Notes under the pieces: model-generated
The model's input: only the letters and a program-made list of their open reading frames with translations
Database searches by the model: none
Told to the model about the DNA's origin: nothing
Shown: piece after piece, positions 39,601 to 46,151 of the stretch
Layout: each line of letters opens with the position of its first letter
How positions within the stretch are numbered: the stretch's first letter is position 1
DNA from: a virus
DNA: 46,151 bases
IMG/VR virus record: IMGVR_UViG_3300045988_148061
Reading direction: 5' to 3' (one strand)
Translations under genes and position numbers: made by a program

Positions 39601-41180
39601 GAACTATCAGTAGATATATTACTTCCTTCTACACACTCATAAACTTGTTTAGCCTTTTCTATATCTCTATCAAGTCTAGCTTTTAAAGAAGTTTCTCCAT
39701 CACGAGCATCTATAACTTCTGCATCTTGTTGTTGTGAAGATGTAAGTGCGTTAAATCTAGTTTCTACTTCATTTATTTTATTTGATACAGTATTAGTCAT
39801 ATCAGATTTAGCAACTTCTATTTCAGATATTTTAGTGTCAACTTTAGTATTTATACTAGCTACAAAATTATCTTTAGCATTATCTATTTCAGATATTTTA
39901 TTATCGACTTTAGTATTTATACTAGATATAAAATTATCTTTAGTAGTATCTAATTCAACTATCTTTTCATCAACTTCACTTACTTTATTTTCAAATATAT
40001 TTTGTCTAGAAGTTTCATTTTTTTCTCTAGCTTTTTCATTAGCTTTTCTAGTATTTTCATTAGATATTCTTTCAACTTCATTTGATACTCTTCTATCTTC
40101 TTGTGATTTTCTATTTAACTCATTAGACTTTCTTTCTTCTTCTTTAACTTTTGCAGTATTAGTATAGTTTTCAAAGTTATTAGCATTAGCTTCTGCATCA
40201 GCTATAAAAGAGTTATATCTACTTTGTCTTTGAGTTTCTGCTTCTACTCTGTGAGTTTCATTATTTTGTCTAGTTTCTTCATTAGCTTTTCTTGTATTTT
40301 CATTACTAACTCTAGTATTTTCTGCTAATACTCTAGCTTGTTCTGTAGTTCTTCTTTTAGCTTCTTCATTAACTCTATTAGTTTCAGCTTGAACTCTTAA
40401 AACTTCTGCTTCTTTGTGTGCATTAGCTTCTAATCTTCTACGTTCTTCATCCTCTGTCATAAAGTTGTAATTATCTTTTCTAAGTTGTTCGGCTTTCACT
40501 CTATTAGTTTCTTGCTCTATTCTATTAGCTTCATTTTCAAGCCTTACATTTTCACTAGATATTCTAGCTTCTTCATTGATTTTTCTTATATTCTCATTAC
40601 TTTCTCTTGTTGCATCGTATTTAGTTCTGTCTGCTTCCTCGTGTTGTCTAACAAGTTCAGCTTCTACCCTTTTAGATTCTTCTATTTTTCTATTTTCTTC
40701 TGATAATATTCTTTCGGCTTCATTTATCACTCTTTGTTCTTCTGATATTTCTATAGTAGATAATCTTGCTAAAGCATCTGTAAAAAGAGGAAATCTTTCA
40801 TCACTTACAACATCATCATTAAGCCTAGATATTATTTTATCTTCACTTACTGAATAGTTTATAGTGTCTGTAGTTACTATTTCCCCTTCTAAGACTATCA
40901 TAGCTTTAGCTTGATAATTTCCTACTAAATCACACATAGAAGGCTTTAAATCGGCATATATTTGCCCTTCTTTAACTTCTATGAATTGAGCATCAACTGC
41001 ATTATTAGGTTTAATTGCAACTAAAGTAATTATTGATTTATCTAAATCTTTTACTACTTCGTTATTTTTAGTTACTTCAATATAAAAATCATTAACATTT
41101 TTATCAAACTGATTAAATGCCATTTTTTTATTATAAAGTTTTTTATTTAAGTCTAGCTTTATTTTATACTCTTTATTCAT
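36684..41180 (-). CDS. Large tail fibre / receptor-binding protein (1498 aa) with a BppU_N-like N terminus
   Basis: N-terminal MNKEYKIKLDLNKK...DFYIEV...AQFIEVKEG is BppU-like. About 250 aa of NExxR heptad-like repeats precede a large C-terminal globular region. Confidence 0.75.
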   Translation of the reverse strand: MNKEYKIKLDLNKKLYNKKMAFNQFDKNVNDFYIEVTKNNEVVKDLDKSIITLVAIKPNNAVDAQFIEVKEGQIYADLKPSMCDLVGNYQAKAMIVLEGEIVTTDTINYSVSEDKIISRLNDDVVSDERFPLFTDALARLSTIEISEEQRVINEAERILSEENRKIEESKRVEAELVRQHEEADRTKYDATRESNENIRKINEEARISSENVRLENEANRIEQETNRVKAEQLRKDNYNFMTEDEERRRLEANAHKEAEVLRVQAETNRVNEEAKRRTTEQARVLAENTRVSNENTRKANEETRQNNETHRVEAETQRQSRYNSFIADAEANANNFENYTNTAKVKEEERKSNELNRKSQEDRRVSNEVERISNENTRKANEKAREKNETSRQNIFENKVSEVDEKIVELDTTKDNFISSINTKVDNKISEIDNAKDNFVASINTKVDTKISEIEVAKSDMTNTVSNKINEVETRFNALTSSQQQDAEVIDARDGETSLKARLDRDIEKAKQVYECVEGSNISTDSSVGYLKDIEILGNTIQSASNLADIKSVGDKVEGQELYEIPVLSRGKNLFNIDNISSNIISKSNDTYEIHTQTPIDLYNKGIFKAVKNVQYTVSYKAKLGTATNFRANFVYTDGSVQQFSYCNSTTEFIQITKTSDKNKQLDYVRFNWTNAGTIYIKDIQIEEGTVATPYEPYVEDKITILSPVQLEKVGDVRDRIIEKGGVWGVEKNVDTAILNGNEVWSLSVQTPYNRFLTKHIYIKAVDGIGVLSSKYKSSSFIDLWNNLDKESIASHNVDDGFLSIRANYSNVEEFKNSLKSNNILIKYIATQPTFIPLPHDQQVKLRTFANKTNISFLTEIEGTIKAQVPKSLGATVNTHTEQISNLNKELDRVKKLEESTVSTITTESDFTTVEATSGGYFEDVKLEGKTLINLFNFKAVGIVNEVNIYGYAQNYELTKGKEVTLVNNTDKVVIYDISKDSIWVRSYILNANTCIKATLEESEYIRCCYGAGARGWDANSESDKEKIKKTCIVLEGDHTQNLPNYFEGLKSVGQSGTTSEDGADEIVVSSVNPYGNLFDGELEVGSLNASGDTDWTSYVKTGLIRVKPSSEVICKIGKYKGENATSTDIRMAEYDMNKNFIKFSGGTYKATVSDKTHYVKFAKKLETSDDSRVDINAVSDVVVVYGNKLHDIPHQSDKKRLLYYNEETQTWEKPILRQWDSIEKHANGKYYYHQRSGEVVLNGSEEWASWLLLENTIGFLLTNTSFKNTTDKYAITAISDKLTSRSINDFKSDVEGIGLWDDRNRLVTRVNNSKLSTQDVQGFKQWLQTNNVTVVYQLAEEKVYECTNIDLITYVNETNYVIESGVLSPKTTLKVHSNISNVVSLLQKKVSLLESNMTKYMITQNRLMLASRYNADTVSFKVDVASFSDAFEYDNDLYELILNNVLVGKDNYNREYIENLIRFYWMDFVISDEMYSTLFEIIEEQHNPKIEEETPLI
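39821..39952. repeat. Two tandem 66-nt copies inside the fibre gene
   Basis: tttcagatatttta...actttagtatttatactag...aaaattatctttag occurs twice. It encodes (D/A)KDNF(I/V)(S/A)SINTKVD(N/T)KISEI twice. Confidence 0.85.
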
Positions 41181-41196
41181 AAAGTCACCACCTTTT

Positions 41197-41229
41197 GGAA
41201 AATAAAAAGGCTAGAATTTAATCTAGCCT
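41197..41229 (-). terminator. CTAG-stem hairpin plus T-tract just upstream of the fibre gene SD
   Basis: Minus strand AGGCTAGA-ttaaat-TCTAGCCT followed by TTTTTATTTTCC. Confidence 0.45.
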
Positions 41230-41242
41230 AATAAAAAAGAAC

Positions 41243-41377
41243 TTATTTTATTAAGTCCTCTCTTCCTTCTGTTATTAATATTAAGTCTATATCTTCTTTG
41301 TACTGTGGGAATTTTTCTACTGTTTGAGTATAAGATATTTTCCCCTTTAATATTTGCATAGCTAAATAAGCTACCAT
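41243..41377 (-). CDS. Small hypothetical protein (44 aa)
   Basis: MVAYLAMQILKGKISYTQTVEKFPQYKEDIDLILITEGREDLIK. SD GGTGGTG. Translated by hand. Confidence 0.45.
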   Translation of the reverse strand: MVAYLAMQILKGKISYTQTVEKFPQYKEDIDLILITEGREDLIK

Positions 41378-41393
41378 AAAATACACCACCTTT

Positions 41394-41801
41394 TTATATA
41401 TTTAAAGAATTAAATATTAATTCATTTATAGCATCTTGTGTTATTGATAATTCTTGTTTTAAAGTTTTATTTTCGGCTTCTAAAATGGATATTTTTTCTT
41501 TAATTAATTCAATTTCAGTAGGCTCTTGCGGTGGAGTCGGTAATTCTTCATAACTAAATATTAATTCTTTAGTTTCAAGATTAACCATAACTCCCGTACT
41601 ACCTTGAGATAATTTAGGATATTCACCATAATTAAAAGTTAATAATCCTATGCTAGATTTTTCTCTTTCTTTTAACTCTGAATATATTTCATAATCTTCA
41701 TCAAAAGTTGTTTCTCTTACATATCCTTGACAATCACCTATGATTTTTATTACGTTTCCTGTTAGCAAACAATAATATATTTTAGTTCCTATTTGCTTCA
41801 T
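41394..41801 (-). CDS. XkdW-like tail-fibre-associated protein
   Basis: A globular N half, a Pro-rich hinge (PTPPQEPTE) and a C-terminal coiled-coil, the same layout as XkdW. Confidence 0.4.
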   Translation of the reverse strand: MKQIGTKIYYCLLTGNVIKIIGDCQGYVRETTFDEDYEIYSELKEREKSSIGLLTFNYGEYPKLSQGSTGVMVNLETKELIFSYEELPTPPQEPTEIELIKEKISILEAENKTLKQELSITQDAINELIFNSLNI

Positions 41802-41813
41802 AGCTTATCACCT

Positions 41814-42257
41814 CTACTCATAAACTTGCCAATTAATATTAGCACCTTCCCTAGCGTTTGCAACCCATAAATCAAAACCATCGCTATAAATAACGCTTTT
41901 TCCGTAATCTTCGAAATAATTAGAATGTTCAGCGTAAATATCAATCGTTGGAGAAGAACAGTATACAACAGAACGTTTATCATAATAGTTAACGCCAGTT
42001 TGATAACCGTATATAAATCTAGGTTTAAAGTTTAACCCTCTAACACTTATTTTACTAGAATTTACCACCGAAGTTCCGCTAGCCCATTTCTTACCTAGTT
42101 CTATTTCTCCAACTTTACCAACTAAAGATAATAATTTATCTGCATCACTACATTCAACACCCTTTTCTATAAGATTACTTTTCAAATTAGTATGACAAGT
42201 TTTTAATTCATTTTTTATATTAGTAGTTTCATCAACTAATTGTTTAAGAGTAGACAT
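41814..42257 (-). CDS. Tail fibre / receptor-binding accessory protein
   Basis: Assigned by position. N-terminal coiled-coil. Start overlaps the upstream stop. Confidence 0.4.
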   Translation of the reverse strand: MSTLKQLVDETTNIKNELKTCHTNLKSNLIEKGVECSDADKLLSLVGKVGEIELGKKWASGTSVVNSSKISVRGLNFKPRFIYGYQTGVNYYDKRSVVYCSSPTIDIYAEHSNYFEDYGKSVIYSDGFDLWVANAREGANINWQVYE

Positions 42258-42565
42258 TACAACACCTCTCTTATTGCATTTATATTATTTTGTAGAGTAG
42301 TTTTGTTTGTTCCTAGTTCTTTTTGTAACTCTAAAATACTTGTTTTGTTCTCTAAAAGAGCATCTTCTACATTAGTAGCTTCAAACTTATTAGTAGAATC
42401 TGCAATGCTTACTCTTTCAGCAGTTAATTCTAATCCATCTACTTTACCTTTTACTTCTTGTATAGCAGTGTCTATTTTATCCATGTTTCTGTTATGAACT
42501 TCTATATCATAATTTTCATTTAGTAAAGGTTTTTCAAGTTGTAAATTATTTGTATAGTTAGGCAT
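42257..42565 (-). CDS. Short tail fibre protein
   Basis: MPNYTNNLQLEKPLLNENYDIEVHNRNMDKID matches the common fibre N-terminal box (NLxLxKPxxxExYD...N.NMD.ID). Confidence 0.6.
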   Translation of the reverse strand: MPNYTNNLQLEKPLLNENYDIEVHNRNMDKIDTAIQEVKGKVDGLELTAERVSIADSTNKFEATNVEDALLENKTSILELQKELGTNKTTLQNNINAIREVL

Positions 42566-43098
42566 TATTCAACCACCTCTCTAATTTCTTGATGTGTAAA
42601 TTGGCTTAATTCTTGATGCGTTTTAGGTTTAATTTGTTGATGAGTATTAAATATAAATTCTAGAATATAAGCTAAGTGTGCTGGTTTAATTTCATCTATA
42701 GCATTTTTAAAATCATCTAAATTCTTAGGTCTACCTTTTTCACTTACAAACTTAAGTTTAAAAGCATAATCATTATACATTTCAGTTATTTCAACTTCTC
42801 CACAGTCAAAAGCTAAAGCAGTATCTTTTATCATTTTTATAGTAGTTGTTCCATTACCTATTTTTTTAGCTTTTATACGTTCTCTTCTTTCTTCATAAGT
42901 CTTAGATTTATCAGTTTTAAGCCCTAACTCTTCTTCAAAATAATCAAGTCCCCAAGTCGCAGTGTTAACGTATAAATTATTAACTAAATCATCTATACTT
43001 TCTTTTATAAAATTATGCTCTACACTTTGACTAGACATATATGATTTTACAAAATCGCTATTATGATAAAAAGATGGCAACATATTTATTAAATTCAT
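42565..43098 (-). CDS. Baseplate protein (XkdU/DUF2313-like)
   Basis: MNLINMLPSFYHNSDF...TATWGLDYFEELGL pattern. Start trimmed to the ATG at 43098. Confidence 0.55.
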   Translation of the reverse strand: MNLINMLPSFYHNSDFVKSYMSSQSVEHNFIKESIDDLVNNLYVNTATWGLDYFEEELGLKTDKSKTYEERRERIKAKKIGNGTTTIKMIKDTALAFDCGEVEITEMYNDYAFKLKFVSEKGRPKNLDDFKNAIDEIKPAHLAYILEFIFNTHQQIKPKTHQELSQFTHQEIREVVE

Positions 43099-43099
43099 A

Positions 43100-44152
43100 T
43101 TATACCACCTCTGCATAAGAAAAAGATATTGTACCAACTTTAGGAATGTCTGTATCTAGCAGATTAACATTATTCATAGCACCATTAACTTTAAAATCTG
43201 AATAATCAAACACCCCAGCAGTATCAAGAAGTAAATTCCCTAGTCTAGCAGTAGATACATAAGTATCTTTAAAAGCTATTTCTTTAAGATGTTGAGTTAA
43301 TTTAGTTGCAAATTCTGTTTTAACTTCTTCGATATCATACCCTTTTACAAGCCTTATAGTAGCACTTACATTTATAGCTTTTTCTGTAGCACTAACAACA
43401 GTTACACTTGCACCTATTGGTCTTTTCCTTTCAATATTAGCTTTTACTTTTTCTATTAGTTCACTTGATGCCCCCAACATATCACTATTAGTTATTACAA
43501 TTTCAACTGTACCATTCCCATTTTTCAAAGGATATACGTTACAAGCACCAGTTCCATCAACTTCCAAAGTCCACATTTCATAGTGTGCTACATTCCCACT
43601 TGTATAAGATTTCTTTATAGTTGTAAAAAATCTTTCCCTTAAATCTTCATCACTTTCTACATCTGTTCCATTTTCAAAATTAGATTTAACATATATGTCA
43701 TTTACGCCATTTATAGGCTCTGTAGCAGTTAATTTTGTATTAGCTGATAAATTATATTGCTTTCCTACTTCTAAGGCTTCTACAACTAATTCTGCTTGAT
43801 TTTCAGCTATAGTAGCATCATTTAAAACAACAAAATATAAATCATCAACAACTAATATAGTGCCATTAGATATTAAAGTTCCATTTTCACCAGTAAATAT
43901 AACTTCCCCTACTGATTTAGTTCCTTGTTTCCTAGATATTCCATACTCTTCGCACTTAATGTCTAAGTAATTAAAATATCCATTTTTTACAAAAGCCATG
44001 TTTACTAAATCTTGTTGTTCTATATAAAATTTAGCTAATTCATAAGATAAAGGAGAAGCCATATTATTTAAAAATGAACCTTCTCTTTTATCTACATTTA
44101 TATCAGTATTATTTAATACTCTTTGTTTTATTTCTTCATATGTTTTAGACAT
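43100..44152 (-). CDS. Baseplate J-like protein (XkdT-like)
   Basis: REGSFLNNMASPLSYELAKFY...LDIKCEEYGISRKQGTKSVGEVIFTG matches the Baseplate_J N-terminal region. Confidence 0.8.
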   Translation of the reverse strand: MSKTYEEIKQRVLNNTDINVDKREGSFLNNMASPLSYELAKFYIEQQDLVNMAFVKNGYFNYLDIKCEEYGISRKQGTKSVGEVIFTGENGTLISNGTILVVDDLYFVVLNDATIAENQAELVVEALEVGKQYNLSANTKLTATEPINGVNDIYVKSNFENGTDVESDEDLRERFFTTIKKSYTSGNVAHYEMWTLEVDGTGACNVYPLKNGNGTVEIVITNSDMLGASSELIEKVKANIERKRPIGASVTVVSATEKAINVSATIRLVKGYDIEEVKTEFATKLTQHLKEIAFKDTYVSTARLGNLLLDTAGVFDYSDFKVNGAMNNVNLLDTDIPKVGTISFSYAEVV

Positions 44153-44531
44153 TTACTATCACCTCACCATCGTAAATTGTCTTTACTCTTACATTAGCAC
44201 TTAAAATATCACCGTCAAAGCTTGTAGATATTACATTTACATCAAGTATGTAAGGGTTAATAAGAAGTGCTTCTTTTATATATCTAGAAGCTTCTGATTG
44301 TGTTAATCCTTTTGTATATGCTTTACCTATAAGACTTAACAATTCGCTTCCATAGTCCCAAGTGTATATCTCATACTGATATCTAGGCGTTTGAAGTGCT
44401 TTGTATATCCATATTTTTATAGCTTCATTTCCTTCGACTATTTTAAGTCCTTTTCCGACTTCCCTATAAAGTGGCAAAGTTTCGTTTTTTACTATATCCT
44501 CTTTATAACTTACAAAAGGGAATAAACTCAT
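44145..44531 (-). CDS. Baseplate protein (XkdS/DUF2634-like)
   Basis: Assigned by size and position. IWIYKALQTPRYQYEIYTWDYGSEL pattern. Confidence 0.5.
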   Translation of the reverse strand: MSLFPFVSYKEDIVKNETLPLYREVGKGLKIVEGNEAIKIWIYKALQTPRYQYEIYTWDYGSELLSLIGKAYTKGLTQSEASRYIKEALLINPYILDVNVISTSFDGDILSANVRVKTIYDGEVIVNV

Positions 44532-44878
44532 ATACTCACCACCTTACTTATGATTATAAATTTATCATTTATTTTTAATAATATTACTTTATCATTTACT
44601 TCTAATTTATCTTGAATATTATATTTCATTCGGTGTCTGTGGTTACCGTCCCCAGTAGTATCTCCACCATGTGTATGCCCTTGATATTCAGTAAATAAAT
44701 CTTCATTTCTATCTTTTAGCCATTTATCAATAAGTAAATTGTCTTTATCAAGTACAATATCATTTAATTGGACCTCTAAATTAGGCAAAGGAGTTTTAAT
44801 TTTTGCAATAAAAAAAGAAGGCTCGACCTTCGTTGCTTCTCCCATTACTTCATATAAACCTAAAAAAGGATTATTCAT
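44528..44878 (-). CDS. Baseplate/spike-associated protein (XkdR/DUF2577-like)
   Basis: Assigned by position after the hub gene. The ATG at 44878 overlaps the hub stop (TAATG). Confidence 0.45.
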   Translation of the reverse strand: MNNPFLGLYEVMGEATKVEPSFFIAKIKTPLPNLEVQLNDIVLDKDNLLIDKWLKDRNEDLFTEYQGHTHGGDTTGDGNHRHRMKYNIQDKLEVNDKVILLKINDKFIIISKVVSI

Positions 44879-46151
44879 TATATAACCCTCCTTGCACAAG
44901 TATAATCTTTTCTACCACTCAAGCTACTTATTTTTACTACATCACCAGTCTTAGGTGAATGTATATACTGACCATTACCACAATACATTCCAACGTGATG
45001 CACTGGACTTCCAAAGAATACTAAATCACCTATTTGTAAATTACTTTTGCTTACTGATTTCCCAAAAGTAGATTGTTGTTTACTCGTTCTAGGTATACTT
45101 ATTCCAACAGAAGCATAAGCTTTCATCATTAAGCCACTACAGTCATATCTTGGTCCAGTTCCTCCCCATAGATAAGGAGTACCAAGTTTACTTTTACAAA
45201 ATGCCAAGGCTTTATTAGCTTTTTCATTTACACCATTGTTAGTGTTAGGAGTTTCTGAAACTTCAACACCTATTAAAGCTTTTCCTTTTCTTCTTCCGAA
45301 CGCTAAAGCACTTTTCTTATCTTTCATAAGTAAATCTATATGATAAACACCGTTAGAGTCTATTACAATTGCCCCACCTCTGTCAGTACAAGTATAAACT
45401 AAATTATCTCTATCTGTTCCAGTTCCTTTAACTTGAATTTTAGTTTTAAATGGTACAGATTTAGGGCAAGCACAAGTTAATTTATTTGGATCTAATTTAT
45501 TACCCATAGCATCAAGTAAACCACCTTGCATAGAATTGTTAGCTGGATAATAAGCAGTAAATTCAGCATTAACTTCTTTTCCACCAGTTACAGTTGTACT
45601 ACCATCTAAATTAACATTTGTTTCAGTTTTTTCATCTTCCCCTACAGATACTTCATTCATTATGTTTTTAAAGTTCAACTCTAAGTCTATAGTATAATTT
45701 CCACCTTCCCAAGTATGTGTATCACTATCTATATAAAATAAACCTACCAGACCAGTATGAGTATCTTTAACTTGAACTCCATAGCCAGTTATACAAGTTG
45801 TATCACCAAAACCAGTTAAGCTACAAGTTTGTTCAATATCTTTTAGCATTGCTTTAGCTTCTGCATTACTGTCTTTACCTTCTTGTTGTTTATAAACATC
45901 TTGAAATAATCCATAAGTTTTGTGCCATTCTTCATTTTTTACTTCTGATACTTTATTTCCGTTTTCATCAACGATTAATACTTTATTAACCATATTTGAT
46001 ACAGATTCTTTAAAGCTACTTGATAATATATTTTTACCTTCTTCAAAAGATAATTTAAGTTTTACAATACCTTTTTCACTAGCATAAAATTTATTACCTC
46101 TACTGTATAACATATATTTTTTACCAGTTGTTTTAGCTTCTTCTGTATATG
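44878..46151 (-). CDS. Tail/baseplate hub protein (XkdQ-like), C-terminal part with 3D-like and NlpC/P60 domains; 5' part is at 1..528
   Basis: AEFTAYYPANNSMQGG...CTDRGGAIVIDSNGVYHIDLL is 3D-like. YLWGGTGPRYDCSGLMMKAYASVGISIPRTS...GDLVFF...HVGMYCGNGQYIHSP is NlpC/P60 (Cys/His). The frame is open to the window end. Confidence 0.8.
   Translation of the reverse strand, partial: YTEEAKTTGKKYMLYSRGNKFYASEKGIVKLKLSFEEGKNILSSSFKESVSNMVNKVLIVDENGNKVSEVKNEEWHKTYGLFQDVYKQQEGKDSNAEAKAMLKDIEQTCSLTGFGDTTCITGYGVQVKDTHTGLVGLFYIDSDTHTWEGGNYTIDLELNFKNIMNEVSVGEDEKTETNVNLDGSTTVTGGKEVNAEFTAYYPANNSMQGGLLDAMGNKLDPNKLTCACPKSVPFKTKIQVKGTGTDRDNLVYTCTDRGGAIVIDSNGVYHIDLLMKDKKSALAFGRRKGKALIGVEVSETPNTNNGVNEKANKALAFCKSKLGTPYLWGGTGPRYDCSGLMMKAYASVGISIPRTSKQQSTFGKSVSKSNLQIGDLVFFGSPVHHVGMYCGNGQYIHSPKTGDVVKISSLSGRKDYTCARRVI
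46075..46151. repeat. Terminal overlap copy B (identical to 1..77)
   Basis: Same comparison. Implies a circular unit of 46,074 bp. Confidence 0.95.

Noticed and set aside
41798-41983. 61-aa minus-strand ORF inside 41814..42257 in another frame.
   Set aside because: It is fully nested in a longer ORF that has translational coupling to its neighbours, and it has no SD.
3606-42497. All plus-strand ORFs in the track that lie inside minus-strand genes (3606, 4252, 4515, 7262, 8456, 10067, 13051, 15950, 16152, 18684, 19958, 22396, 23643, 25554, 26619, 32786, 32826, 33682, 36136, 37186, 39835, 40485, 40576 and 42240).
   Set aside because: They are antisense shadows of well-supported genes. Their products are low-complexity and Leu/Ser/Phe/Ile-rich, as expected from the reverse complement of AT-rich coding DNA. 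They lack SD sequences and fully overlap recognisable genes.
3433-43137. N-terminal extensions given by the ORF track (for example 3453, 3952, 6493, 12157, 13860, 15322, 16333, 20613, 23279, 27862, 28495, 29819, 30176, 30709, 32834, 43137 and 44899).
   Set aside because: Each extension lacks an SD and overlaps the upstream gene or the SD itself. An internal ATG, GTG or TTG preceded by a GGAGG-like SD at 5-10 nt gives family-typical N termini, so the starts were trimmed.
1-46151. tRNA, rRNA, tmRNA, integrase/attP, toxin genes and CRISPR/cas.
   Set aside because: No GC-enriched cloverleaf-like segments or rRNA-like regions were noticed in the intergenic DNA. No ORF shows recombinase catalytic motifs. 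Absence judged by eye is not proof, so tRNAscan and profile searches should confirm it.

Overview
Very AT-rich, tightly packed window coded almost entirely on the minus strand. Nt 1..77 are identical to nt 46075..46151, and one ORF reads in frame across that junction. The window is therefore one complete, circularly closed replicon of about 46,074 bp. The content is a contractile-tailed phage with PBSX/Xkd-type tail genes. The host is probably a low-GC spore-forming Firmicute, Clostridium-like. This is inferred from AT-richness, a BhlA/UviB-type holin, a CwlC-type amidase with a SPOR domain, and a Spo0E-like gene.

Modules in transcription order (high to low coordinates):
- 34.4-34.1 kb: an iteron, AT-rich and DnaA-box origin-like region.
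- 34.0-24 kb: early genes. These are initiator-like winged-helix proteins, a double Myb/SANT protein, many Cys-rich mini-proteins, a membrane FtsK-like ATPase with a membrane GIY-YIG nuclease, XRE regulators, a Rad52-like annealase, and an ERCC4-type nuclease invaded by a GIY-YIG homing endonuclease.
- 24-19 kb: replication genes. These are a DnaD/Phg_2220_C organiser, a primase-helicase, SSB and a Spo0E-like peptide.
- 18.6-16.4 kb: nucleotide-metabolism candidates. These are a DUF3310/DUF1599-like fusion, a divergent ThyX-like protein and a MazG-like protein.
- 14.7-14.2 kb: a late activator and a late promoter.
- 13.8-0.5 kb: terS, terL, portal, a frameshifted DNA methyltransferase, an SPP1 gp7-like head protein with an in-frame TGA, an orphan winged-helix gene flanked by 11-bp phased repeats, scaffold, capsid, connectors, sheath, tube, a chaperone with a -1 frameshift site, the tape measure and a LysM protein.
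- Wrapping to 46.1-35.4 kb: hub with 3D and NlpC/P60 domains, baseplate, fibres including a 1498-aa fibre, holin and endolysin.

Only two small genes (34442..34812) are on the plus strand. No integrase, recombinase, tRNA, rRNA or CRISPR array was seen.

The most notable signals are:
- the plasmid-like origin with no integrase;
- the membrane-anchored FtsK-like/GIY-YIG unit;
- the duplicated 11-bp iteron arrays with paralogous DNA-binding genes;
- a CAT-TGA-CAT recoding candidate in the gp7-like gene;
- a palindromic motif repeated in nine intergenic gaps between small early genes.

All functional calls come from motif recognition by eye, not from database searches.
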